Sequence record: NC_070983.1
Source: Escherichia phage IME267
Reading direction: 5' to 3' (one strand)
Length of the DNA stretch: 64,000 nt
Shown here piece after piece: positions 10,055 through 20,077 of the stretch. Each line of letters begins with the position of its first letter. Position 1 is the stretch's first letter. The translations under genes were made by a program, and so were the position numbers. The notes below the pieces were generated by a model, which worked only from the letters and a program-made list of their open reading frames with translations, had not been told where the DNA came from and did not search any database.

Positions 10055-11107
10055 ATGTCTCTTTTCGGTTCTGCTCCTAAATCTAAGACTACGGTAGCTC
10101 CGTCTTCTCAGGTTGATGCTCTTCTGAAACAGATTGTAGCAAATGCTCAGGCTATGAATCAAAACGATCAAGGTTTTATTAATCGTAACATAGCAGGTTT
10201 TAATGAAAATCAAACAGCAGCTCTTTCTAATTTAGCAAATTCTAACACACTCAACCAACTCAGTCAGATGTACACCCCTAGAACTCAACAAGGGTTGGAC
10301 CAGATGAATGAGTTGGCTCAGAAATATCAAAACCTAGTTAATAAGGGTGGTATCTCCGCTCAAGATGTTAATAATTTTAGCTCTGGACTGAATAACTCTG
10401 CACTAGCTAAGTCTACAGGCAAAGCTGCTGCTAATGTATCTCTTGGCAATGGCTCTGACTCAGGCTCTCTGAGACGCGCTGCTGCTCAAGGTGCTGCTCT
10501 TTCTTCAGCGAATACTAACCTCTCTCGCTCTATTCAGGGTAAAAATATGGGTGTTAGTAATCTTCTGAATAACAACTCTTATCAGCAAGGTTTGCTCAAT
10601 GCTCAGTCTGGTTTAGCAAATCAGAATCTGAACCTAGGAGCTGCTGGGGTGCAAGCTGGTCAACAGGCAATACAGAATCAGCTCACTGCTGGAAACCTTC
10701 AACAGCAGCAAGATCAACTCCAAGCTAACAACAATTGGGAGAATGCTATTGGTAGTCAGCGGTATGGTTGGAATCAGCTTAACAATCAGCTTAATGTATT
10801 AAACTCAGTAAGTCCAATGGCTGGGTACACTATTACTAATAGAGGTGCTGCCCCTAATGCTTCACAACAAATCCTTGGTGCTGGGGTTACTGGTCTTGGT
10901 ATTGCTGGTCGTCTAGGTGCTTTTACCCCTAATCAGCAAACTACTAATGCTTGGAACTCATACAATGCTTCTGGAGGTCAAGCTGGGATGGCTGGTCCTA
11001 TGATTGGCGGCTCAAACCTGTCTCAACAGAATGGTCAGAGCAACTGGCTATCTACCGCAGGAAGTAATATCTTAGGTGGTGTTCTAGGAGCCTTTGGAGC
11101 AAATTAA
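10055..11107 (+). CDS. Gln/Asn-rich internal virion protein (paralog of 11117..12085)
   Basis: Low-complexity Q/N/G/A composition; N-terminal similarity to next ORF. Confidence 0.35.
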   Translation: MSLFGSAPKSKTTVAPSSQVDALLKQIVANAQAMNQNDQGFINRNIAGFNENQTAALSNLANSNTLNQLSQMYTPRTQQGLDQMNELAQKYQNLVNKGGISAQDVNNFSSGLNNSALAKSTGKAAANVSLGNGSDSGSLRRAAAQGAALSSANTNLSRSIQGKNMGVSNLLNNNSYQQGLLNAQSGLANQNLNLGAAGVQAGQQAIQNQLTAGNLQQQQDQLQANNNWENAIGSQRYGWNQLNNQLNVLNSVSPMAGYTITNRGAAPNASQQILGAGVTGLGIAGRLGAFTPNQQTTNAWNSYNASGGQAGMAGPMIGGSNLSQQNGQSNWLSTAGSNILGGVLGAFGAN

Positions 11108-11116
11108 GGAGGAGCT

Positions 11117-12085
11117 ATGGCTTTATTTAGTGGTGGGAGTAGCAAGACTACTTCTAAAATGACAAGACCTGACTACATTCAGTCCTATATTGATCAGTTG
11201 GTCAATCAGGTTAATAACACTAGTTCAGGCGATTATGTGTATCGAGAAATTGTTGGACTTAATCAAAACCAGCAAGAAGCTCTGAATAATCTATCACAAT
11301 CTGGTGCATTAGGTGCACTTTCTTCTCAGTATATGGATGCTGCTCAATCTGGCTTAGGTTATCTAGATAATGCATACTCTGGATATAACAACCTGTCTAA
11401 CTCTGGTCAAATCACTGGGGAACAGATTGGTGCTCTTGCAGGCCAGCTCTATGACGATGAGGCTGTGCAAGCAGCTATTGCAGCGAATAATGAACAAACC
11501 CAACAGAGTTTGGCTAGGAATGCACTTCCTCAAATCTCTCAGCAGTTTGCTGGTCAGCAAGGTTCTGGTGCACGTATGGCTAAATCTTTTGCTCAGGGTG
11601 ATGCTCTGAACCAGATGCAGAACACAGCAACTAATATTACTAACAGTGCCTACGACTCCGCTCTAACTCAAGCACAGAACATTCTTTCTGGTAATAGACA
11701 AACACAAGCATCTGCTTTAGGTGGTTTATCTAACATTGGCTCCAATCTTGCTAATCTAGGAAACCAAGCTGGTCAGTTATCACAACAGCAAATGATGAAT
11801 CAGTGGAATGCAGGACTGCAACAGCAGCAACAACAGCAATCTGATTTGAACAATGCTTATGAGAATGCTCAGAATGCTGCTAATTGGGGTTGGCAGGATA
11901 TTAACAATCAACTAGGTGCTGCCGGGGTTCTTAATGGAGCTTTAGGGACAACCACAACTACTAAAACATCTGGTGGTAGTGGAGGCTTCCTAGGTGGTGC
12001 TGCGAGTGGTGCTGCTGCTGGTTCAGCTTTTGGCCCTTGGGGCGCTTTAGCTGGCGGTGTTATCGGTGGATTAGCTAGCTCTTAA
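11117..12085 (+). CDS. Gln/Asn-rich internal virion protein (paralog of 10055..11107)
   Basis: Similar N-terminal pattern and composition. Confidence 0.35.
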   Translation: MALFSGGSSKTTSKMTRPDYIQSYIDQLVNQVNNTSSGDYVYREIVGLNQNQQEALNNLSQSGALGALSSQYMDAAQSGLGYLDNAYSGYNNLSNSGQITGEQIGALAGQLYDDEAVQAAIAANNEQTQQSLARNALPQISQQFAGQQGSGARMAKSFAQGDALNQMQNTATNITNSAYDSALTQAQNILSGNRQTQASALGGLSNIGSNLANLGNQAGQLSQQQMMNQWNAGLQQQQQQQSDLNNAYENAQNAANWGWQDINNQLGAAGVLNGALGTTTTTKTSGGSGGFLGGAASGAAAGSAFGPWGALAGGVIGGLASS

Positions 12086-12099
12086 TTAGGAGAATAATT

Positions 12100-13767
12100 A
12101 TGCAACAAACTTCTTATGCGTATCTTCGCAGTCAAGACCCAAGAAATCAGATTTATGGTGTTAAACAAGGGGCCGCTTCGGCCTCTCCATACATGGCAAG
12201 ACCTGCTTATCCAGCTGCTGATGTTTCTATGTATAACCGGAGACCTCCTGCTTCTCCTGTAGGTTTGTCTTCTCTTGTTGCCAATGCTCAAGAAGACCAA
12301 GAAGCTATGTTAAATCCGGGATTTAGACAGCGCCTTATGGAAGCAGAGAATCAAGGAACTCCTACAAGCCTTCAGGGTATTGATATTGGTGAACCAGCTC
12401 CTGCTATGAATAACCCAGATCTATCCTCTGATGAGGGTCTACAAGCTGCTGGGTTGATGCCTAGTGACCCACTTCCTGTTACTCCTCCTCGTAAACCTCT
12501 GGAAGAAACAGATAAAGAGTTCTCTCCAGTTCAAGTGGAACAGGCTCAGAATGTTATTAACACTTTAGCTAATAGTAATCCAGCTCCTGAAGGTATGGCT
12601 GGTGCAACTCGTGCTAAAGACCAAGAACGTATTAATAATGATATTATGGAAGTAGCTAAAGCTAAAGACCCAGCACAAGCTTGGAATGAGCTTCAGAAGC
12701 AACCGTTCTATCAGAAGTCTAGTTTCTATACAGGGTTGATGGGTGTTGGTCTTTCTATTATGTCTGGTAAGTCCCCTATTGAAGCTTTCCAGATTGGCTC
12801 TGGTTTGGCTGCTCAGGATGAAACTAAACAACAGTTAGAAGCTAATCGTGATGCTCTGTTAGAGCAAGGCTACTCTCAAGACTCGGTTGCTGCTGCAATT
12901 GCTTCAGGAGATCCTTCTCTTCTTAAAATGCGTCAAATTAGTCCTCAGGAGAAAATGGCTCTTGCTGCTCAAGATGAAGAACGTGCTAACCGTGAATGGG
13001 ATAGACGTCAGCAGATTCAAGAGAACTCTATGCGAGAGCGTGCTGCTGAGACTCGTCGTGCTGCTGAAGAACGTGCTGATGCACAATTTGCTAAACAGAA
13101 AGAGCTTATTGAATATCGTGATAAGGTTAAAGCAGACCGCGCTGAACAAGCTGCTCAGAGCTTCAACTTCAGTACGAAAGAGCTTCGTAACGTTCAGAAT
13201 ACTGCTGAAGGTTCTGTTGCTAAGCAGTGGGCAGAAAAAGCTGCTCTGTTTAAACAGTCTCATAAGGACTTGGATTTGGCAGATCAGGCTATTAAAGATA
13301 AAGACTACCAATCCGCTCGTACCGCTTACATGCAGGCTATTATGAACTCCGCAAGGGCAGAAATTGGTGCTAACCGCTCTCTCCAAGCTGATGACTTGGC
13401 TCACTTTGCAGAAGACCCATCAATCTTTGTTAAGGTTGGTAATACTTGGTCACTTAAAGCAGGCTATCGTCCTTCTGATGCTGCTCTGTCATACGCTCGT
13501 AAGCAGGCAACTGTTGGTGCTTCTTCGGCTGACAAAGGTGTTCTGGAGTCTAAGAAATCAACTATTGATGCTTATGTGGGTTCTGGCATGAATAAGAAAC
13601 GTGCAACAGCTTTGGTTAACCGTGGTATACCTTCTGGCGGTTTCTATGACCCATACAAGACTTTTGATGCAGAAGCTGAAGAATCTGTTGGTGGAGATGC
13701 AACCAATCCTCGCTTAACAGGTGCTCTTTCTTCTTCAGCGACAGATACGAGTTGGATGTTACAGTAA
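12100..13767 (+). CDS. Internal virion / ejection protein, unknown function
   Basis: 555 aa with charged coiled-coil central region. Confidence 0.35.
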   Translation: MQQTSYAYLRSQDPRNQIYGVKQGAASASPYMARPAYPAADVSMYNRRPPASPVGLSSLVANAQEDQEAMLNPGFRQRLMEAENQGTPTSLQGIDIGEPAPAMNNPDLSSDEGLQAAGLMPSDPLPVTPPRKPLEETDKEFSPVQVEQAQNVINTLANSNPAPEGMAGATRAKDQERINNDIMEVAKAKDPAQAWNELQKQPFYQKSSFYTGLMGVGLSIMSGKSPIEAFQIGSGLAAQDETKQQLEANRDALLEQGYSQDSVAAAIASGDPSLLKMRQISPQEKMALAAQDEERANREWDRRQQIQENSMRERAAETRRAAEERADAQFAKQKELIEYRDKVKADRAEQAAQSFNFSTKELRNVQNTAEGSVAKQWAEKAALFKQSHKDLDLADQAIKDKDYQSARTAYMQAIMNSARAEIGANRSLQADDLAHFAEDPSIFVKVGNTWSLKAGYRPSDAALSYARKQATVGASSADKGVLESKKSTIDAYVGSGMNKKRATALVNRGIPSGGFYDPYKTFDAEAEESVGGDATNPRLTGALSSSATDTSWMLQ

Positions 13768-13792
13768 TCTAAGACCTAAGTCCTATCTCTTA

Positions 13793-13801
13793 TAATGTAT
13801 A
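13793..13801 (+). promoter_or_regulatory. TAATGTATA element upstream of the 1481-aa gene; candidate phage-sigma-dependent late promoter
   Basis: Exact TAATGTATA about 37 nt before ATG at 13838; resembles late-promoter element recalled for phiEco32-type phages (recollection, unverified). Confidence 0.35.
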
Positions 13802-13837
13802 TAGGAGGTAGGACATTTTTATTTATAAGGAGACGTT

Positions 13838-16800
13838 ATGGCTAATTTAAAATCGTGGGAAGAAGCTTCCAAAGCTCCTGCGTATCTGAATGCCTCTCCA
13901 GAGCAACAGGCTCAAATGAGAGAACAATACAAGGCAGCAGGGGGCACTATTCCTGAGACTCAACCACAAGAGCAACCACAACAAGAAGAACGAGGTGCTA
14001 TTGGGGAGTTTGCTCAAGGTGTGTCTAACGCTCTTCAATCCGGTGGTGCTAACATTGCAGCTAGTGCTGCTAGAGGTATAGGTGGGCTGGTAGAGATTGG
14101 TGAAAACTTAACTGGTTCAGAAACAAGCTACGGTAAGCGTATTCAAGAGAACTCCAAGCAATTGCTGGAAGAGCGCTTATCTAAGATAGAAGATGGTTTT
14201 GGTAAAACAGCTGGTCAGTATGCTGGAGTTGCTGCTGATATTGGTTTGACAGTTGCAAACCCTGCTGTTGCTGCTGCTGTTATTGCGGCTCGTGAAACAG
14301 GTCGTGCATATGCTGACCAAACTCCAAAAGAAGACGAAGACAAGTCAGTTCTGGATGCTGCTCTTGTTGGTGGTGCTAACTACGCTGCTCAGAAAATCCT
14401 TCCGGGTATGACTGGTACAGCTTCTACTACTCTTGGTCGTGTAGGACAAAGCGTAGCCTCTAACGCAGTTGCTGGTGCTAAGGGTGGTGCTATTGTTGGT
14501 GCTGCTGAAGCTCAGAACAAATATGGGGATGACACTACTCTAGCTAACATATTAGAAGGGGCTATTGAAGAGGGTGCACTCGGTGCTGCTTATGGTGGGG
14601 CGATTGGTGGGGTTCATGGGTTAATAAGCCGTCCTAGCCCTCAAGTGTTTGATCGTACTCCTGAGCATGTTAAGACTGACATTGCTGCTGAAGATGAGGC
14701 TATTCGTAAAGCTGCTAACGCTGATGAACTCCGTGAAGCCTATGCTAAAGCTGAGAATGCTAATGCTGCCTCTGCTTTAAACCTTCTGGATGAAAATGGT
14801 TTCCGAATCACAGATGCAGTTGCTATGGACTCTCCTGCTGTTCAGCGTATCTTAAATACAGACCAAAGTCGTGCAGAGAAGGCTGCTACGGTTCAGAAAG
14901 ATAGCTCTAACGTTCCCGGTCTTAATCCTCTCGCTTCTCCTAAGAAGACTCAAGGTAAAGCTTTTGCTGACAATGAGTACAACCAGAAACAAGCTGTGGC
15001 AATGAAAGATGCAATGGCTGACTACACTAAAGATAACACCAAAGCCCTTACTGATGTTCTAGACAACCTAGACCGAGAGTTAGTAGCTCTGAGAGCAAGT
15101 GGTGATTTTACTGGTAGTGCTATTGACATTAAAAACCGTACTCAAGCTGATCGTGATTTTATTGATGCTTATAAAACTTTTTACAGTGAAGCTAATCGTT
15201 TCAAAGCTCGTGATGGTGAAGACCTAAACAACTTCATTGATAAAGCTACTCAGTTGCAGAAGCTCTCTGAAAATGTTTCTCCAGAAATGAAGAAGGCCAT
15301 TGGTGGATTAAAGAAACTAAAAGGTATGCCTGAAGGTTTTAACCCTATCCAAGATGCTTTCACTCTGAATAATACAGCTAAGTTCATGAGTAACCAAGAC
15401 CGTGGTTGGACCTCTCTGACTGATGACGGTTTTCGTGAAGCTCCGGCTCCTGTGTTAGTTAAGAATCCTCTCGGTGCAGCCAAGTATGTACTTAACCGCT
15501 TTACTTCCGATCGTGCTCGTGCTCAACGTGAGAAGCAACAGTCAGCTAATAGTGAAGCTATCCGCTCTTTGGCTAGGGCTGATTTAGAAGTACAACGAGC
15601 TAGGACTCAGGCTGAAGAAGCAAGAGCAAAAATGGAAGAAGAACCAACCACAGAAGACATCAAATTCCGTACTCAAAATGATGCACCTTCCGAACCGGTT
15701 CGTGAGGAGCCTTCTGCTACTACTGTGACGGAAGAAATTCCTTCCTCTCCAGCTCCAACTGAAACACCTCTTACTGCGAGGGATTTGGTTGCTCAAAGAC
15801 GTGCTCTCCAACAAGCAGAGCTTAGACGTCAAGAAGCTGAAGCTGCTCAGGCTCAAGAAAGTGCTACACCAGAACCTGAACCGCAGCAAGAAGCTCTTAC
15901 AGCTAGAGAATTAGTAGCTCAGCGTAGGGCTGTAGCAGAGGCTAAGAAGCGTCAAGAGGCAGAGGAAGCAGAACGTGCTAAAGAAGCTCCTGAGGAGGCC
16001 GTAGAAGAGCCTAAAGAGAAACCTGAGCCATTACCTGCTCGTGCTCCTAAAGCTCCTGAGAAGGCTCCTGAGCCTGTTAAACCGTCACTTGGTGTAGAGC
16101 GTCTAGCTTCTATGTCAACTGCTGCTCGTCAAGCAACGAAAGACCGTGCTGATCGATTTGCTCGTTCTTTATATTCGGCTGCTGCTAAAGCTAAAGCCAC
16201 TGCGGAAAACTTCCTTTCTTACAAAGGAGACCCTAAAGAGCTTATGCGTCGTATCCGTCAGGAAGACCAAGCAAACAACACACAGCGTCATGAAGAGATG
16301 GCTAGAAACCAACTAGCTTCACAGCAAGGCATTGCTTCTGCTAAATCTCAACATGTTCGTGCTTCTTTTGCTGGTTGGGTGAAAGAACGTGGGTTGCCTT
16401 CTGATATTGCTACTAAGGCTTTACGGGCTGAAGAGAAAGGTTTAGGTGGGAACGTCACAAGTCTAGATTCACTGAAGCGAAGAGCTGAGCGTTTATATCA
16501 GAAACAAAGAGATGATGAGTTTGACCGTCTCTATCGAGAGGCTCTGGAAGAGAATAAAGCTTTTGATAAGAGAGATGCTCCTAAACTGGTAGACCAGAAG
16601 AAAGAGCTTCAGGATGAAATTGGTGCGTTGCTTGATGCTGAACCGTTACGTCCTGCTCAGAAAGATGCTATGCGTAGGATTATGGAAGACTTCGTGGAGA
16701 GTAAGTTTAAATCTTCAGAGAGAGCTGGAAGGGTTGAGGCTTTGGAAGTTGGTCAGATGAAGGATGTGTGGGATGGGTTTATTAATACCTATAACCGAGA

Positions 16801-18283
16801 AGTTAACATGTTCAACAAGGCTAACAAGAATTCTCAATACGAAGCAGCAGCTAAACACTTGCAAGCACGTCAAGAACGTCTTGAGACGCTCCGTAACAGA
16901 GCTAAAGCTCGCAGTGATGCTAAGGCAGCCATGGAGGCTGAGAAGCAGTCCTTGGAGGCTATAGCGGCTCAGAAATCAGAGATAGAGAAGATGTTCAAAG
17001 AATTGCCTGAAAGTGTCAGAGAGGCTCAGGAAGGGCGTACTTTGAAACAGCTTGCTGCTCACCATGATAAGAACTCTCCAGTACCACCAGAGCGTTTCCG
17101 TAGTATCATTGAACGTATTCACAACGCTGAGAGTGATTACCTCGATCGCAAACGTCGTTTGACCGAAGCAGAGGAAGATGCTCGTGAAGCTAAGTGGAAT
17201 AGGATGTATGAACAGGCTGAGGAAATGAACCGTAAGTTTGATATCGATGCTAGAGTGAAGAGAGATAAGGCTCTGAAGGAAGCTCAAGAACGAGAAAATG
17301 ACTTAATGGCAGTTCAACGTCAGCGTGACGACATTCATAAGCGTTTGGTCAATACTCTGGAAGAGAAGGGAGTTTCTAGAGAAGATGCTGAAGCATATGC
17401 TGGGTCTTACATGGATAATCGGTATGCTTTGTTAGAGAAACCAATGACTCCAGTGGAACATCAGAATGCTCGTGCTCGTATCGAATCTGACGTAGAGAAG
17501 TTTGTTAAGAAATACGAAACAGCTACTCCAATCGAAAGAGAGATTGCTAAAGCAACTGGTGATGCAGATGGGAAACCTTCTGACTTAGATGCAGAAACAT
17601 TAAAAGCTATCGAAGATGCTCGTAAAGTTGATTCCGATTTTAAGAAACTCTTAGATGAAGAGAAGGAAATGGAGAAGATTCGTTCAGCTCTACCTGAAGA
17701 TGAAAGATCTCAGGCGAACTCTGATATTCTGGAAAGTATTAAGAAACAGGAAGATGATTTTGCTAGCAAAGCAGAGAAAGCTTTTATTGAAGGGAAGGAC
17801 TTGCAGGAGTTAGCGAGTGTTGCAGAAGTTCTAGATAGGGTTCATGGTGCAGACAAGGCTGGTAACAACCGTCGATTTGTACGTGCTCTACAGACTGCTG
17901 CCGAGAACAAGAAACGTTATGGGGATAATCCAGTGGCTTGGTTTAGTGCTGATGATTACTCTGCTATTGCGAAACTTGGTGCTGCTTCGGCAGGTGGTAA
18001 CAAATCTCGAGCACTTGAGAAAATCTTTGGTTCTACAGCAGAACAAGCTAAAGGGAAACTTTTAGGGCGGGATGATGTAGCTAAGATTAGACGTGTGATT
18101 GAAGCGAATCCCAATGTTAAGATTCCTTCTTACAAGACAACTACTCGACAAGAGTACATGCAGTTCTTGGAGAAGTATAATGACGAGGGAGAGTTGAAAG
18201 TCAAACGTGGTTCTCTGTCTGACAAGTTGGAGAGAGGTAAGCGTCAAGCTAAACTCCGTGTTAGAGTTCGAGCTAAGGAGTAA
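13838..18283 (+). CDS. Very large internal virion / ejection protein with Ala/Glu/Arg-rich coiled coils and internal repeat
   Basis: 1481 aa; duplicated segment TAR(D/E)LVAQRRA…; last gene of + block. Confidence 0.45.
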   Translation: MANLKSWEEASKAPAYLNASPEQQAQMREQYKAAGGTIPETQPQEQPQQEERGAIGEFAQGVSNALQSGGANIAASAARGIGGLVEIGENLTGSETSYGKRIQENSKQLLEERLSKIEDGFGKTAGQYAGVAADIGLTVANPAVAAAVIAARETGRAYADQTPKEDEDKSVLDAALVGGANYAAQKILPGMTGTASTTLGRVGQSVASNAVAGAKGGAIVGAAEAQNKYGDDTTLANILEGAIEEGALGAAYGGAIGGVHGLISRPSPQVFDRTPEHVKTDIAAEDEAIRKAANADELREAYAKAENANAASALNLLDENGFRITDAVAMDSPAVQRILNTDQSRAEKAATVQKDSSNVPGLNPLASPKKTQGKAFADNEYNQKQAVAMKDAMADYTKDNTKALTDVLDNLDRELVALRASGDFTGSAIDIKNRTQADRDFIDAYKTFYSEANRFKARDGEDLNNFIDKATQLQKLSENVSPEMKKAIGGLKKLKGMPEGFNPIQDAFTLNNTAKFMSNQDRGWTSLTDDGFREAPAPVLVKNPLGAAKYVLNRFTSDRARAQREKQQSANSEAIRSLARADLEVQRARTQAEEARAKMEEEPTTEDIKFRTQNDAPSEPVREEPSATTVTEEIPSSPAPTETPLTARDLVAQRRALQQAELRRQEAEAAQAQESATPEPEPQQEALTARELVAQRRAVAEAKKRQEAEEAERAKEAPEEAVEEPKEKPEPLPARAPKAPEKAPEPVKPSLGVERLASMSTAARQATKDRADRFARSLYSAAAKAKATAENFLSYKGDPKELMRRIRQEDQANNTQRHEEMARNQLASQQGIASAKSQHVRASFAGWVKERGLPSDIATKALRAEEKGLGGNVTSLDSLKRRAERLYQKQRDDEFDRLYREALEENKAFDKRDAPKLVDQKKELQDEIGALLDAEPLRPAQKDAMRRIMEDFVESKFKSSERAGRVEALEVGQMKDVWDGFINTYNREVNMFNKANKNSQYEAAAKHLQARQERLETLRNRAKARSDAKAAMEAEKQSLEAIAAQKSEIEKMFKELPESVREAQEGRTLKQLAAHHDKNSPVPPERFRSIIERIHNAESDYLDRKRRLTEAEEDAREAKWNRMYEQAEEMNRKFDIDARVKRDKALKEAQERENDLMAVQRQRDDIHKRLVNTLEEKGVSREDAEAYAGSYMDNRYALLEKPMTPVEHQNARARIESDVEKFVKKYETATPIEREIAKATGDADGKPSDLDAETLKAIEDARKVDSDFKKLLDEEKEMEKIRSALPEDERSQANSDILESIKKQEDDFASKAEKAFIEGKDLQELASVAEVLDRVHGADKAGNNRRFVRALQTAAENKKRYGDNPVAWFSADDYSAIAKLGAASAGGNKSRALEKIFGSTAEQAKGKLLGRDDVAKIRRVIEANPNVKIPSYKTTTRQEYMQFLEKYNDEGELKVKRGSLSDKLERGKRQAKLRVRVRAKE

Positions 18284-18289
18284 ACAAGA

Positions 18290-18332
18290 AAAGCCCCCAA
18301 CCTGTAAAAAGGAAGGGGGCTTCTTTATTTCT
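18290..18332. terminator. Bidirectional terminator at the convergence of + and - transcription blocks
   Basis: AGCCCCC…GGGGGCT 7-bp stem with T-rich tracts on both strands, between stop at 18283 (+) and stop at 18401 (-). Confidence 0.5.
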
Positions 18333-18400
18333 AGATGTTAGAATCCATCAAATTCATCATACATCCCAATTTTCTTCTTCAAAGTCAACCATAAAACCTC

Positions 18401-18700
18401 CTAGATTAAATCGTAATACTTAATAATATCAGAGAGCTTAAACTCTCTAATGTCATTCTTGTCATTATCCCAAGCAGTCATTATCCAACAAGGTTTGCCC
18501 CCATTATGATAAGGGGAAGAAGCAACTGAGGTTCGTATAGGAATAACGGAGCGGTCTGCAATCTCGCCTCTCCAATTACGATAGCTAAAGCGAAGAATTT
18601 GTTTCGTAGATACTTGATCATTTGTGCTTTCCTTGTTCATTGATTCAAAGACTTCTTTTTCTTCAGGAGTCTCTAGATTTTTTAAATTCACGTCTTGCAT
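18401..18700 (-). CDS. Hypothetical protein
   Basis: Start moved to internal Met (MQDVNLK…) with AGAGGA RBS; avoids overlap with HNH gene. Confidence 0.35.
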   Translation of the reverse strand: MQDVNLKNLETPEEKEVFESMNKESTNDQVSTKQILRFSYRNWRGEIADRSVIPIRTSVASSPYHNGGKPCWIMTAWDNDKNDIREFKLSDIIKYYDLI

Positions 18701-19067
18701 CGTTTTCCTCTTTAGTTTTAATCTTATGGCACGGTTCTTTACATAAGACCTGAAAGCCATCTTTCTCAACCAAAGCTCTCTCAATAATCTCATCCCAAGT
18801 AGCTTCATGGTCCACTGGAACAATAGGCTCGATGTGGTCGACAGCCACCTCTTTCAGAGGAGAGTCATTACCGCACATGGCACACTTGTAGTGCATTGCC
18901 AGCTTGCCAGTCTTAGGATTGATTTTACGTTCTGTCTGAGCTTCTTTGAGAGCATCAAACATAGGCTTCCACTTTCTAGTCAGAGAACGAATCCCTGACT
19001 TAATGAAGGAGTTGTAACGTGCTTCAGTCCACTGATTTGAACATCTTGTCTTCTCAGCCTTCGCCAT
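18663..19067 (-). CDS. HNH endonuclease
   Basis: …HYKCAMCGN…VAVDHIEPIVP…LCKEPCHKIK… Cys/His pattern of HNH nucleases. Confidence 0.5.
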   Translation of the reverse strand: MAKAEKTRCSNQWTEARYNSFIKSGIRSLTRKWKPMFDALKEAQTERKINPKTGKLAMHYKCAMCGNDSPLKEVAVDHIEPIVPVDHEATWDEIIERALVEKDGFQVLCKEPCHKIKTKEENDARREFKKSRDS

Positions 19068-19255
19068 AACCTACATCCATATCAGCGTCTTCCCAAATGC
19101 GTTTATTGACTCGGTGTGATTCTTTATCAGCACGAGGGATACGACCTGTGCGACGATCAAATGCTTGGTGCTTAATCTTTTGATCTTTACGAGATTCACG
19201 AGTAGAGAAGTTTTCATCATACGAACGATAGTCAAATTTACCCATTATAATATCC

Positions 19256-20077
19256 TTATTCCCAAGTTTTATCTAACCATGACCAATCAAAGAGGTCACC
19301 TTCAGCTTGTCCAACGAAGAGCAATCGAGCGTTTTCTAACATCTTATCTTCTGCTTCTTCCTCGAACCTCTTATAGTATTCCATTCGTATAATATGATAA
19401 AGAGTCCACTTATCGAATACCTTCTCAATAAGTTTGATTGCAGCCTTGCTACCAATGCCTTTACGGCGCATAACCAAGTTGCCACCCCACATCATTTCAA
19501 CCTTCTCACCACAACCGGGAATATTATCTGTATTATCCCCAATCAACATTTGGTAGAAGAAATTCTGCCATGCTACTTCTTCTGATACATAATGAGGAGG
19601 TACTTCTTTCTGTCTTTCTCCACAAGCCCAACGATAATGCCATCCGGGAGTGATTAACAAATCTTTATCACGAGTACAGATAATCGTATTCTTATCTCGT
19701 CTCTGTCTTTCAGCTAGGGCATCATCTGCCTCTCTCCCAAAGACTTCTATATACTCGTAATTTTCTTTAATATAATCACTAACGTTCTGCCAGTGGTGGG
19801 GTCTTTCTCCCGGTGGGCGATTAGCTTTGTAGCCTTGCTGTTTAGCAATGTTAAATCGAAAGTTACCACCTTCACTGAAGTAAAAGATTGTTTTCTCACA
19901 ACCTGACCTTGCAATGATTACATCAATTTTGTGTTGAAGTCGTTCAATCAAGAATCCATAATCAACTGGAACACGACCTGTGTCTAGAAAAGGATGCTCT
20001 TGTGTAAGAGCACCGACTTCATATCGCAGAACATCTGCATCCACAATTGCTACTTCAGGATAGATTACATCAGACAT
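19256..20077 (-). CDS. 5'-3' exonuclease / flap endonuclease (FEN, RNase H-like)
   Basis: …GYKANR…, …EADDALAE…, …TRDKDL… motifs; start set to Met after upstream stop. Confidence 0.75.
   Translation of the reverse strand: MSDVIYPEVAIVDADVLRYEVGALTQEHPFLDTGRVPVDYGFLIERLQHKIDVIIARSGCEKTIFYFSEGGNFRFNIAKQQGYKANRPPGERPHHWQNVSDYIKENYEYIEVFGREADDALAERQRRDKNTIICTRDKDLLITPGWHYRWACGERQKEVPPHYVSEEVAWQNFFYQMLIGDNTDNIPGCGEKVEMMWGGNLVMRRKGIGSKAAIKLIEKVFDKWTLYHIIRMEYYKRFEEEAEDKMLENARLLFVGQAEGDLFDWSWLDKTWE

Noticed and set aside
12887-13404. ORFs 12887..13345 (+) and 12904..13404 (-) embedded in the 12100..13767 gene
   Set aside because: Leu/Lys-rich low-complexity translations of alternative frames inside a clearly coding region; typical out-of-frame artefacts. 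The same applies to most sub-100-aa track ORFs nested within long genes (for example 661..849, 5681..6022, 26877..27152, 38251..38580, 43645..43872).
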